A DNA stretch of 64,000 nucleotides, taken from the IMG/VR virus record IMGVR_UViG_3300023184_000047, positions 34,057 through 98,056 of that record. One strand, written 5' to 3'. Source of the DNA: a virus (lineage: Duplodnaviria > Heunggongvirae > Uroviricota > Caudoviricetes). This document shows, one piece after another, positions 54,301 to 63,843 of this stretch. Position 1 is the first letter of the stretch. Each line of letters starts with the position of its first letter. The notes beneath the pieces are model-generated. The model made no database searches and was not told the DNA's origin. It saw only the letters and a list, made by a program, of their open reading frames with translations. The translations under genes were made by a program, and so were the position numbers.

Positions 54301-55978
54301 AAATACTTTTAAAGCAGGATTATTTTCAAATATCTCATTATTTAACTCACAACAATATTCAAATCAGGCTCCAACAAATGGTAATAAAGTTATATATGAA
54401 AGCGGATATTCTTATTTCCCTACTTTCTATTCTTTTGGTTCTGAATCAATGAATTGGACTAGCGAGTCATTATTTAATTTAATAGCTGGGGGGAATGCTG
54501 CTCTTATAGATAGATTTTTTACTGTATATCCATCAGGAGGATTTTTAATCCCAGGTGGGACAAACTCTACAACACAATATGTTTCTTCAAGTTACTTAGG
54601 AACAGGAAAGAAACATGAAGTATGGAATATGTTTAATTTAACAGGTTCTAATACCAACTATGGTTTATTTTTTAGTACGGGATCAAGTCCAGGAAATGGT
54701 AATATTTTAACTTCTTCATATTACACTTTATCAGCTGAGGGGAATTACAATATAACGTACAATTTTACTATACGAACAGAAGGAGTATTAGATTCCCAAT
54801 TTACAGCTAGTATGCAAATGTGGAAAAGTAGCTCAGCAGGTATAAGTAGTTTTGATACTAATACTCAAACAGCTTTAATGCGAAATAATTATTATAATGG
54901 ATATTTAATTAACTTTGCTGAGGCCGTAGTTTATTCGCGCCTTCCTAATCAAGATAAGACTCTTAATGTTAGTTATACATTATACACTTACGATGGAGTT
55001 AATAATTCCGTACCTATAAGCTCACAAGTTATAACAACTACAACTAATGTGTATAGAGCTTATCGAGTAACAATACCTGCACTTTCTCAGGGTGCTAATA
55101 ATCCTGATTTTGGAAATGAGGGAAATAATGGAGTTGTACCTGGTGGGGTTACACAAATTAATCCAGATCAAGATGTAGTTCTAGGTACAGTATGGGTAAG
55201 ATCTCCATTAAACCCGAATCTTGCTACTACTCTTAAATACGAACTTATATCTCCTCCATATTCTGGTCCACAACCAGTAGATTTAACATTTAATAGGAAC
55301 TTTGTGATAAATGTTGATAATGCAGACTATTCAATAAATGATAAAATAGGATTTAGATTATTTATAGAATCTAATGCTGGTATAGTAACATCGTCTGTTT
55401 TAACAACTAATGATAGTATATTACAAGCTATTCCTTCTAATAACTCTTTATTAGTTACTACATCGTCAATATGTGTAGATCAAGCAGCTAATTCATTTTA
55501 TTTATCTACACAATTATCTCCATTTTTTAGTAATAATTATATATTTAATCCTTTAGATACAGTAATATCTTCATCATATGCTGATTTGTACTTAGAATAT
55601 GGTAACATTCAATACCCATTTGCTATACAAGAAAATGATAAAATTATTGTTCAAGTAGTAGATGAAAACGGTCCATTTTTAGAATATACTGTTAATAATG
55701 TTATTTATGCGGGTAACGGAAGTGTTTATATAAGCACTAAAGAAGATATTAGTGGTTATTTTGGAGATCTTTGTAATAAGTATTATAAAATTGTTTTTTT
55801 AAAACGTGTAAATGATGAAACTAATTTAATAGTAAATCTAGTTAAACCTGCTGGGAAAACATCTTATGGGTTTACTATACCTGAAAATATAGCTTCAAGT
55901 GTTTTAAATAATATAGATGCTATAACATATAATACTAAACAACAATTAATAGATGCAGGAATTACTTTAACCCAATAA
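51356..55978 (+). CDS. large (1540 aa) tail fibre or baseplate protein
   Basis: Single uninterrupted ORF, Asn/Ser/Thr/Tyr rich, typical of fibre or baseplate wedge proteins. Confidence 0.5.
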   Translation: MTDNIKIVGQVLDTSRVNRYDIQDEQLLLPIVQQETFGKLEDYVEYFVFDLGGNVLNSDYNYTSYKLPSNYGYSQSYLPTLEIDPIQDIENLGYESGEVTSRYNFFRKVSGEPFSTQLFISQISSDRTELKIGSTELNDITLIDIASNFADRQLAVPYYYYVILNFGNNNQVVAVNILSEVNANGDASLLLKLYEPLPANISLKDTFWIVEEIINPYIYDLSLNKLITPLPQPYLKGPNFGIDLEFKNVVPTQYSNLTQLVTSFTGSSYQATLNSLTNQEVNINIDYSLLNDFVHYSSAENRVNNFIYKIGEIEGYQYEIKTFSPLTASNASLINQVNKASSSLNATIAGFDGFESYLYYTSSSLTSSIVQYNLETGSYLAYNIAPYPKSNSTKPYVLYTSSSTTVTNWYNDTIEVATAYDIENKDILINTIPSYITEDPDNYLPYIVFVNMIGQYFDNIWVYIDKITDVWDNNNNINEGISQDLVYDWLRSFGMKLYNSQGDQNVLNYNVGGFSGSVDFNGNYSPSSSFLNNIPRKELVLDTYKRLYHNLPYLFKGKGAHGGLQGLITLFGITGSILPIKEYGGTNDYQDLTGYSLDKISLGSNNLTGSILSPIKRFETPTTSSREVRSQDLHFIDVSFSPQTQIDSEVSASITAVNPNWVIDNYIGYPEALYLDTYPSLSYQRDYWFGQTFTHPNAGFDYGGFIRLIQFFDNSLFKMVKDFTPARGNTWTGVSIKSPVLERPKVPEARPVFTNFPDLEGEVTGAALIPVYDPYYFKLAGDREPYYTGNITGSFIDTYAYFEETNRNPYLVNNTVGYVPPGFVSGNTDFILDYTAPAYENFFVNSDFNALQNNEFVSLTSQYRKKLVPILSTDSLGRVFTSYSTTASVQLQDSYLSDTAYVNSRYNGVQLYGRFINTWVTGDNSYGQTPVINLNTKKIALFTEVVKSILPYKSDVKLKYLVDGSGSFTELNQRNRNWHEVQNTFKAGLFSNISLFNSQQYSNQAPTNGNKVIYESGYSYFPTFYSFGSESMNWTSESLFNLIAGGNAALIDRFFTVYPSGGFLIPGGTNSTTQYVSSSYLGTGKKHEVWNMFNLTGSNTNYGLFFSTGSSPGNGNILTSSYYTLSAEGNYNITYNFTIRTEGVLDSQFTASMQMWKSSSAGISSFDTNTQTALMRNNYYNGYLINFAEAVVYSRLPNQDKTLNVSYTLYTYDGVNNSVPISSQVITTTTNVYRAYRVTIPALSQGANNPDFGNEGNNGVVPGGVTQINPDQDVVLGTVWVRSPLNPNLATTLKYELISPPYSGPQPVDLTFNRNFVINVDNADYSINDKIGFRLFIESNAGIVTSSVLTTNDSILQAIPSNNSLLVTTSSICVDQAANSFYLSTQLSPFFSNNYIFNPLDTVISSSYADLYLEYGNIQYPFAIQENDKIIVQVVDENGPFLEYTVNNVIYAGNGSVYISTKEDISGYFGDLCNKYYKIVFLKRVNDETNLIVNLVKPAGKTSYGFTIPENIASSVLNNIDAITYNTKQQLIDAGITLTQ

Positions 55979-56024
55979 AAAACATAAAATACAAATATTT
56001 ATAAACAAAATAATTAATTAATAA

Positions 56025-56687
56025 ATGGCTATATTAAATAACAATACTGTAACAATTGATGCAGTTTTAACAGCTAAAGGTAGAGAATTACTAGCTAGAA
56101 ACGATGGTTCGTTCAGAATTACACAATTTTCTTTGGCAGACGACGAAGTAGATTATACATTATATAATCCAGCGCAGCCATCCGGTTCTGCATTTTATGG
56201 ACAAGCAATTGAAGCTATGCCTGTAATGGAAGCATTTCCAGATGATACGCAAATTATGATTTATAAATTAGTAACACTACCTAGAGGTACAGCTAAATTA
56301 CCTGTAATTAATGTTGGATACAACAGTATTTCATTAACACAAGGATCTACTTTAACAATTACTCCTCAAACATTAAATTATTTAGGAGCTACTAGTACAT
56401 TTGAAGCTAATGGATATGCTGTTACTATTGCTGATGTTAGATATTTATCTACATTCTCATCAACGGGTGTTCCTGGTTCCGAGACTACTCCAACAGGTGT
56501 TACCTCAACAGTAGGTTCACAATTAAGCCAAACTATTATTGGTACTTCGTTTACATTAACTGGTACTACTATTAATACATTATTTGGTTCTAATGCAAAT
56601 CAGATTACAACTACTTTAACAGTGTTAGGTAGAGATTCAGGAGCTAGAATAACTATTCCATTAACAATTACAAAATCAAATTCATAA
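56025..56687 (+). CDS. virion structural protein
   Basis: ORF. Confidence 0.4.
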   Translation: MAILNNNTVTIDAVLTAKGRELLARNDGSFRITQFSLADDEVDYTLYNPAQPSGSAFYGQAIEAMPVMEAFPDDTQIMIYKLVTLPRGTAKLPVINVGYNSISLTQGSTLTITPQTLNYLGATSTFEANGYAVTIADVRYLSTFSSTGVPGSETTPTGVTSTVGSQLSQTIIGTSFTLTGTTINTLFGSNANQITTTLTVLGRDSGARITIPLTITKSNS

Positions 56688-56693
56688 TAATAT

Positions 56694-57716
56694 ATGTCAT
56701 TCGTAAGATATAATCCCGACGATTCAGTAGTAAGTACAGAAACAGTAGTAAGACCAATGTGGAGTGGCGACACTAATACCTTAACTACTTTTTATACTTC
56801 TAGTGTAATTACTAGTTCATTCTATATAAACGTATATGCTAACTACCCAGGAGCATTAAATGTTACTACAGAATCAGTTCAAATGGCCATTCAATATGGA
56901 AACAAATATGGTAGCGGTTCAGCATATATCAATTCAGCTGTAACTACTGTATTACCTGATGGTTCATCTTTAACTCCTTCTAGAGTTGTTTATGGGCAAT
57001 ACAGAACATTATTATTAGGGACTGAAAGTGGGAGTTTTAGTTTTGGGAATGATAATCCAAATGGTGTTTATATTATAAATGTTGCTAGAAATAGGTATAA
57101 AGAACATCTTCAACCTGGTTCTATGACATTAAAACTAAAAAATGGTGCCGCTGAAGTTGTTTTAACAGATAATAGTCAAATCACTTCTACTACTAATTAT
57201 ACAACAGCTGGTACTTTATATTATACTTTAATTTCAGGTAGTGCAGGGGCTGCTGCTACCGCTGCTGTTTCTGCCTCTATTTATGGTTATATGTACCCAG
57301 ATAGTGATATCATTATCTTAAATCCTACAGCTTTAAGTAAATCAGTATCTGAGGGGGGGATAGCATTTGCACCAGCTGTAAGTGCTCCAGGTACAAATAA
57401 CAATATACAACAAGGTTTTTATCAAATAATGTCAGCTAGTGCTAATTTTTCTCTACAATCAGCTGAGAATGTATCTGCTCATTATTTCTTTACAAGAGTA
57501 AAAAATCAAGATTTTAATTATACTACTAATCCTTCTATTATAGATGCTAATGGTAATTTAATTTATACTACACTAATTAATAATCCTCAAACATTTATTA
57601 CTACTGTTGGTTTATATAATGATAATAATGAATTATTAGCCGTAGCTAAATTAAGTAGACCTCTAGTGAAAGACTTTACTAAAGAAGCCCTTATAAAAGT
57701 AAAATTAGACTATTAA
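56694..57716 (+). CDS. virion structural protein with conserved C-terminal TTVGLYNDNNELLAVAKL domain
   Basis: C-terminal about 45 aa are paralogous to the C-terminus of 62029..62376. Confidence 0.4.
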   Translation: MSFVRYNPDDSVVSTETVVRPMWSGDTNTLTTFYTSSVITSSFYINVYANYPGALNVTTESVQMAIQYGNKYGSGSAYINSAVTTVLPDGSSLTPSRVVYGQYRTLLLGTESGSFSFGNDNPNGVYIINVARNRYKEHLQPGSMTLKLKNGAAEVVLTDNSQITSTTNYTTAGTLYYTLISGSAGAAATAAVSASIYGYMYPDSDIIILNPTALSKSVSEGGIAFAPAVSAPGTNNNIQQGFYQIMSASANFSLQSAENVSAHYFFTRVKNQDFNYTTNPSIIDANGNLIYTTLINNPQTFITTVGLYNDNNELLAVAKLSRPLVKDFTKEALIKVKLDY

Positions 57717-57737
57717 TCTAAATAATAATGTTACTAC

Positions 57738-58973
57738 ATGGGATCATTCAAACAGTTAAAATCATCGGATGTTATAACAGTACCTATTATTGCCAATAAA
57801 ACTTGGAATTTTAACTATTGCCCTCTTCCCTATGATGATCCTTATATCTCAGTATATAATGGAACAAATTATACTAATTCTTTTAACCCGGGGAATGAGC
57901 CTATAACTAATACACATTATGATAGGCTTACTTATAGACAAATTAACCAATTATTTTATCATAGATACTCAGGAAGTTTAAATACAGCATCTTTAGCTTC
58001 TTCTATCCATTATTTATCGGCTAGTAGTCAACATCCGTCTGCTTCGTTTTTTAACTTTAATAATGACCCTGCTTTTATTTCATATTTTCCTACAGGAGCT
58101 AATGAAACTATTAGAGTAATTCAAATATCTCCTAATGCATATGGTAATAAGGTTTTACCGTATTCATTTCAAATGTCGTCATCAAATTATAATTTTTACG
58201 ATGATGGTAAAGGAAATGTTTATGATAATTTATATTATCCCTCACCTATCCATGTTGGAAATATATTTTATTCTGAAGGTACAGTTGTAATTACAAATCA
58301 AGAATACCAGAATGCTTTTGTTTTACCGGCGGTTGCTTATGATGATGTTTATGATATAGTAAGAAGTGACTACCCAAATCCAGCTACATTCTCATTCTAC
58401 CCATTAACAAATGATGATTTAAGAGGAAATACATTAGTAAATAATTCAATTCAAATATTTGGGGGTAATGTTAGTTTTTTTAAAACAGGTTCAAACAACT
58501 CAGTATCATTATCTTTTTCAGGTTTAGGTGTAGGAACATATCAAACATTTTATTCATTTTTTACTACAGGCTCTTATTGTGCTCCTTTAATGAGTGGTAC
58601 GGGTAGTATTACTGTTAATGTAACGGACCCAGAATGTGAATTTGAAATTGGGATTTACATTCCACCTCCATATCCACCATCATTATCTGTTACACCATCA
58701 TTAACACCAACCAATACGGTTACACCAACAAAAACACCAACTCCATCACCAACTAGAACGGTTACGCCAAGTGTAACGCCAAGTAGAACACCAACAAAAA
58801 CACCAACACCAAGTGTAACTCCATCGTTTTCACCAACTAGAACAGTTACACCGAGTATAACACCGAGTATAACACCGTCTATTACTCCAAGTACTATGAA
58901 TTCAAAACAGTTTCAAAATGAAGATTACTTTGAGTTCCAAAATGGAGATTTTTATCAATTTCAATTTCAATAA
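57738..58973 (+). CDS. fibre-like protein with Pro/Thr-rich linker
   Basis: Linker TPTKTPTPSPTRTVTPSVTPSRTPTKTPTPSVTPSFSPTRTVTPSITPSITPSITPS near the C-terminus. Confidence 0.4.
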   Translation: MGSFKQLKSSDVITVPIIANKTWNFNYCPLPYDDPYISVYNGTNYTNSFNPGNEPITNTHYDRLTYRQINQLFYHRYSGSLNTASLASSIHYLSASSQHPSASFFNFNNDPAFISYFPTGANETIRVIQISPNAYGNKVLPYSFQMSSSNYNFYDDGKGNVYDNLYYPSPIHVGNIFYSEGTVVITNQEYQNAFVLPAVAYDDVYDIVRSDYPNPATFSFYPLTNDDLRGNTLVNNSIQIFGGNVSFFKTGSNNSVSLSFSGLGVGTYQTFYSFFTTGSYCAPLMSGTGSITVNVTDPECEFEIGIYIPPPYPPSLSVTPSLTPTNTVTPTKTPTPSPTRTVTPSVTPSRTPTKTPTPSVTPSFSPTRTVTPSITPSITPSITPSTMNSKQFQNEDYFEFQNGDFYQFQFQ

Positions 58974-58984
58974 ATTAAAATAAA

Positions 58985-60913
58985 ATGAACGCTAAATTAA
59001 CAAGTATTTCAAGTAGCTTTCCATATAGTGGAAGTTTAATACATATAGTAAATCCTAATAACACCGCACAAGATCCGTCAGGTTCATCTTTTAAAACATC
59101 TTTATTGTTAGTAGAAAATTCTTTTCTAACAGCAAGTAGTAATACTGAGGTTATTTTTAATAGTGGTAGTAGATTTAAAAGTACAGGATCATTTACTTTT
59201 AATTATCAAAATCAAAGTTTACTGCAAGGACTTGCAGTTACAGCAAGCGGATTATATTCACACGCTCAAGGATTTAATACAATAGCATCAGGAAACTATT
59301 CACATACTGAAGGATGGCTAACAACAGCATCAGGTTCTTATTCACATGCTGAAGGACGCCAAACAGTAGCATCAGGATTTGCTTCACATGCTGAAGGATT
59401 AAGCACAATAGCATCAGGATCTTATTCACATGCAGAAGGATATAATACTTTAGCAAGAGGATCTTATTCACATGCTGAAGGTTCCGAAACTGTAGTAATT
59501 GGTACTTTTTCACATGCAGAAGGAAGTGGTTCAATATCATCAGGACTTGCTTCACATGCTGAAGGATTTGGAACAAATGCACTAGGAGCTTATTCACATG
59601 CTGAAGGGTCTAACACAATAGCATCAGGATCTTATTCCCATGCTGAAGGATACTTTGCAACAGCATCAGGATCATATTCACACGCAGAAGGATTATTCTC
59701 AACTGCATCAGGTGATTATTCACATGCAGAAGGAGCTAGTACACAAGCAATAGGAGTAGCTTCACATGCAGAAGGTGGAGCAACAGTAGCATCCGGAGAA
59801 GGATCACATGCAGAAGGAGATACTACAACAGCAACAGGAAACTACTCACATGCAGAAGGAATAACCACACTAGCATCAGGAGAATCTTCACATGCCGAAG
59901 GAGATACAGCAGTTGCATCAGGATACGGTTCACATGCTGAAGGAGTTAATACAACAGCAACAGGATATGCTTCACATGCAGAAGGATACTATACATTAGC
60001 ATCAGGATATGCTTCACATGCTGAAGGATCTGAAACTATAGCATCAGGAATATACTCACATGCAGAAGGATACGCCTTTCAAGGTAGTGAAACCGATCAA
60101 TTTACAAAGGCAACAGGATATGGAGCACATGCTGAAGGTCAAGGTACTTGGGCAAAAGGAGCTGGATCACACGCAGAGGGTACTTCTACAGATAATGGAA
60201 TAGATACAGACTATGTACTAATAGCATCAGGTTCTTATTCACATGCTGAAGGAGCAAGTACAATATCTGAAGGAATATTTTCACATGCTGAAGGATTCCT
60301 TACAAGAACAATAGGTATTGCTTCACATGCAGAAGGATACACTACTATAGCATCCGGAACTTATTCACATGCAGAAGGAGATGGAACTACAGCATCAGGA
60401 TATGCTTCACATGCTGAAGGAATACGAGTAAGAGCATTAGGATCAGGTTCACATGCTGAAGGATCTGGTGCAATAGCATCAGGAAACTTTTCACATGCTG
60501 AAGGTTCCGAAACTACAGCAATTGGTACTTATTCACATACTGAAGGATATGGTACATTAGCATCAGGACTTGCTTCACATGCTGAAGGATTTAATACAGT
60601 AGCATCCGGCTCATATCAACACGTACAAGGTCAATACAACATATCATCATCAGCACAATCTGCTTTTATAGTAGGTAACGGTACAGGAAATGGTAGTAGA
60701 TCAAATTTAATCTTTGCATCAGGTTCTCAAGTACAGATAACAGGTTCGTTAATGGTAAATGATATATTAACACTTACTCCAAGAACAACCACACCAGCAG
60801 GAGCAACAACCGGTAGTATAATAATGTCAGGAAGCTCAGGAGCAAATATAAACCTATATGTTTATACAGGAGCAGGAGCAGCTAATGGATGGGCAAAAAT
60901 AACAGCAGTATAA
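58985..60913 (+). CDS. fibre or adhesin-like protein with about 32 tandem 13-residue YSHAEG repeats
   Basis: Residues about 95-540 are 13-14-aa units of the form x-A-S-G-x-Y/A-S-H-A-E-G-x-x-T (39-nt DNA period). Resembles beta-helix or hep_Hag/YadA-head-like repeats. Confidence 0.5.
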   Translation: MNAKLTSISSSFPYSGSLIHIVNPNNTAQDPSGSSFKTSLLLVENSFLTASSNTEVIFNSGSRFKSTGSFTFNYQNQSLLQGLAVTASGLYSHAQGFNTIASGNYSHTEGWLTTASGSYSHAEGRQTVASGFASHAEGLSTIASGSYSHAEGYNTLARGSYSHAEGSETVVIGTFSHAEGSGSISSGLASHAEGFGTNALGAYSHAEGSNTIASGSYSHAEGYFATASGSYSHAEGLFSTASGDYSHAEGASTQAIGVASHAEGGATVASGEGSHAEGDTTTATGNYSHAEGITTLASGESSHAEGDTAVASGYGSHAEGVNTTATGYASHAEGYYTLASGYASHAEGSETIASGIYSHAEGYAFQGSETDQFTKATGYGAHAEGQGTWAKGAGSHAEGTSTDNGIDTDYVLIASGSYSHAEGASTISEGIFSHAEGFLTRTIGIASHAEGYTTIASGTYSHAEGDGTTASGYASHAEGIRVRALGSGSHAEGSGAIASGNFSHAEGSETTAIGTYSHTEGYGTLASGLASHAEGFNTVASGSYQHVQGQYNISSSAQSAFIVGNGTGNGSRSNLIFASGSQVQITGSLMVNDILTLTPRTTTPAGATTGSIIMSGSSGANINLYVYTGAGAANGWAKITAV

Positions 60914-60929
60914 AAGTAAATTAAACAAT

Positions 60930-61250
60930 ATGACAACAACTTGGCAAATTATTGATTTAAAAAGTCAAATAGCAGACGGATTAGTTACTAAAATAACATA
61001 CAAATGTAAAGTTAAATTAGAAAATGATAGTAATCAAACAATAGGAGAAATAACTGTAACAGGAGATCCAACATTACCAAATTTTATACCTTTTTCTGAT
61101 TTAACAGAAGAAACAGTTATAGAATGGGTGAAATCATCTTTAGGAGAAGAGCAAGTAACAACTATTGAAACTAAACTACAAAACAGAGTATCTGCTCGTA
61201 AAGCAGCAAGAGAAGCTGAAACAGAACAAAACGGTCTTCCTTGGATCTAA
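60930..61250 (+). CDS. hypothetical structural-module protein
   Basis: ORF. Confidence 0.4.
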   Translation: MTTTWQIIDLKSQIADGLVTKITYKCKVKLENDSNQTIGEITVTGDPTLPNFIPFSDLTEETVIEWVKSSLGEEQVTTIETKLQNRVSARKAAREAETEQNGLPWI

Positions 61251-61275
61251 TAAACAAAGTAATTAAAAATAAAAT

Positions 61276-62013
61276 ATGCCAACATACGTAGTATTATACA
61301 CTCAAGGAAATTCCAATGGCCCCTTTGATATTTATCTCTCAGGAAGTTCTGGTTTAACATTATATGCTTCTAACATACCTAAATATGAATTAGTTAATGG
61401 ATATGTAGTGACATTTTCTGATGGGATACCTTCATCATCTATAGATGTATTTGATGTAGCTTATGGTTGCTTTACTGATCAAAATGTCCCATTTCCTTCA
61501 GTATCACCATCTATTACTCCTTCAATTTCTATAACTCCAACAAGAACACCATCAATAACTGTATCGCCTTCTAGAACACCATCAGTAACAAGAACACCAT
61601 CCGTTACTCCTAGTGTAACCCCACCACCTTCAATAACACCAACATCTACTCCGAGTGTAACACCATCTAAATCTATTGGAACTTCATTAACTCCAACTCC
61701 AACACCAACTATATCTTTAACACCATCACCTAGTCCTATACCTGTTTATAGCAATTTTGGAATAACAGAGGGACAATCATCCGCTTATTTAGCTTGTTAT
61801 GAATTTAATCAAAACGGATTTAGTGGGGGTGAATGTTATACTACAAGTCCTCCTGCCATTGGAGTAACAGTATTTAACAGTGGTTATGTACCAATAACAG
61901 GAGGTAATTATTGGCATGCTATTGGAAATTGGGCAAGTAATTCTCCTACTGCCTATCGAATTAACGATAGTGGAGTAATAACAGATACTGCTTATCCTCT
62001 TTGTATTTTATAA
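61276..62013 (+). CDS. fibre-associated protein with Pro/Thr/Ser-rich linker
   Basis: Central SVSPSITPSISITPTRTPSITVSPSRTPSVTRTPSVTPSVTPPPSITPTSTPSVTPS linker, paralogous to that in 57738..58973. Confidence 0.4.
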   Translation: MPTYVVLYTQGNSNGPFDIYLSGSSGLTLYASNIPKYELVNGYVVTFSDGIPSSSIDVFDVAYGCFTDQNVPFPSVSPSITPSISITPTRTPSITVSPSRTPSVTRTPSVTPSVTPPPSITPTSTPSVTPSKSIGTSLTPTPTPTISLTPSPSPIPVYSNFGITEGQSSAYLACYEFNQNGFSGGECYTTSPPAIGVTVFNSGYVPITGGNYWHAIGNWASNSPTAYRINDSGVITDTAYPLCIL

Positions 62014-62028
62014 AAAAATTTATTTAAC

Positions 62029-62376
62029 ATGCCATTTTCACCACCACCAAGTTTTAATATAACCTTTCAGAACGAAGTAACTATTTATCAACAAAATGTG
62101 ATTTGTCATGTTAAGGATAATGAATTTAATCTTTCATACAATCCAACATTGTTAAAAAACAACTTACAATCAGGAAGTAATTTTATGTCTCAATCATTAA
62201 ATACTCCTTTACCTCAAGTTAAAGATTTTGCAACAGCATCATATTTTGAACCTTATGTTACAACTATAGGTTTATACAATGAAGATAATACCCTATTAGC
62301 AGTAGCTAAATTAGGACAACCATTACCACTATCACAAAATACAGACATGACGTTTGTAATTAGATACGATAAATAA
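62029..62376 (+). CDS. small structural protein sharing the C-terminal TTIGLYNEDNTLLAVAKL domain
   Basis: See 56694..57716. Confidence 0.4.
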   Translation: MPFSPPPSFNITFQNEVTIYQQNVICHVKDNEFNLSYNPTLLKNNLQSGSNFMSQSLNTPLPQVKDFATASYFEPYVTTIGLYNEDNTLLAVAKLGQPLPLSQNTDMTFVIRYDK

Positions 62377-62390
62377 AAAAATAAATTGTT

Positions 62391-62819
62391 ATGAATAAAT
62401 GGATATGCGGGGAAGAATTTAACCCCGAAGACTACACAGGTTTTGTTTACAAAATTACAAACCTTACAAATGGAAAATTCTATATTGGGAAGAAATCATT
62501 CTTCCATAATACTAATGTTAAATTAGGTAAAAAAGAATTAGCCGCACTACCCACAGCTCGTGGTAAAAAACCCTCAACCAAATTAGTTATTAAAGAAAGT
62601 AACTGGGAAGAATATTGGGGTTCAAATAAAGAATTACTACAAGACGTTAAAGAATTGGGACCAGAACACTTTGAATGCCTTATCTTACGTTTATGTAAAA
62701 CTAAAAAACAACTTACCTACTTTGAAGTACATTACCAATGTACCAGCGATTGCTTATTAGGCGCTAATTCATACAATGACAATATATTAGCCAAGTTCTT
62801 CCGTCGAGATTTTACTTAA
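62391..62819 (+). CDS. GIY-YIG family endonuclease
   Basis: GFVYKITNLTNGKFYIGKK is the canonical GIY-(10-11)-YIG motif. 142 aa. Confidence 0.5.
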   Translation: MNKWICGEEFNPEDYTGFVYKITNLTNGKFYIGKKSFFHNTNVKLGKKELAALPTARGKKPSTKLVIKESNWEEYWGSNKELLQDVKELGPEHFECLILRLCKTKKQLTYFEVHYQCTSDCLLGANSYNDNILAKFFRRDFT

Positions 62820-62883
62820 TATCGCTTGGATCCCTCAGAGATTTTTATTAACTTAACCCTACAGGTTTGATAAAAAAGTAAAA

Positions 62884-63843
62884 ATGGAGATAAAAGAAGA
62901 GGGAATAAGGGAGAAAATGTTACTAACGTTGATAGAATCGGTATTAGGAAAGGGGCGGTCTACTGCTCGTAACAACGCCGCATTTAACTGTCCGTTTTGC
63001 CACCATTCTAAACCGAAGCTAGAACTACAAATACGCACTAATGATAAAAAGGAAAACCCTTGGCATTGTTGGTCGTGTGATGAAAAGGGTAAAACCGTGT
63101 CTTCATTGTTTAAAAAATTAAAGGCACCACAACATAAAATTCAAGACCTATATTCATTAATTAAACCGGGTACTAAACAAGAAACGGTTGTTAATGCACT
63201 CTCTTTACCTAAGGAATTTATTCCTCTTTCTTGCGCTAGTCAAATAGATAACATTTCGGCTATTGAAGCAAAACACGCAATTAAATTTTTAAAGCAACGT
63301 GGTATCACGGAGAATGATATTTTAAAATATAACATTGGGTTTTGCGCTAACGGCAATTTTGCCCATCGTGTTGTAGTTCCCTCTTATGATGAACATGGAA
63401 ACCTAAATTATTTTAGCACTCGAACATATCGTAAAGATGAACCACAAAAATATAAAAATCCACCTGCTGGGAGGAATATTATAGGTTGGGAATATTATAT
63501 AAATTGGAATGTTCCACTTATTTTAGTTGAAGGTATATTTGACGCTTTAACTATTAAACGTAATGTAATTCCTTTATTTGGTAAATCAATCTCAGAAGAA
63601 CTAATGAAAAAGATTGTTGGTTCTCAAGTGCAAAAGGTATATATTGCCCTAGATAATGATGCTTTAAAAGACGCAATTAAACATTGTGAAAAATTATTGT
63701 CATATGGTAAAGAAGTATACTTAGTAGAATTGGACGGCAAGGACGCTAATGAAATCGGTTTCACCCATTTCTTAGACATACTTGAACAAACCCAGCCTCT
63801 TACATTCTCGACATTAATCAGTAAAAAAATAGAATTAATATGA
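62884..63843 (+). CDS. DNA primase (Zn-ribbon plus Toprim)
   Basis: N-terminal CPFCHHSKPKLEL...WHCWSCDEKG Cys4 zinc ribbon. ILVEGIFDALTI is a Toprim glutamate motif. D-x-D at ALDNDA. Confidence 0.6.
   Translation: MEIKEEGIREKMLLTLIESVLGKGRSTARNNAAFNCPFCHHSKPKLELQIRTNDKKENPWHCWSCDEKGKTVSSLFKKLKAPQHKIQDLYSLIKPGTKQETVVNALSLPKEFIPLSCASQIDNISAIEAKHAIKFLKQRGITENDILKYNIGFCANGNFAHRVVVPSYDEHGNLNYFSTRTYRKDEPQKYKNPPAGRNIIGWEYYINWNVPLILVEGIFDALTIKRNVIPLFGKSISEELMKKIVGSQVQKVYIALDNDALKDAIKHCEKLLSYGKEVYLVELDGKDANEIGFTHFLDILEQTQPLTFSTLISKKIELI

Noticed and set aside
59274-59597. 107-aa minus-strand ORF (LQHVKQILM repeats)
   Set aside because: Mirror image of the 39-nt tandem repeat in the YSHAEG fibre gene.
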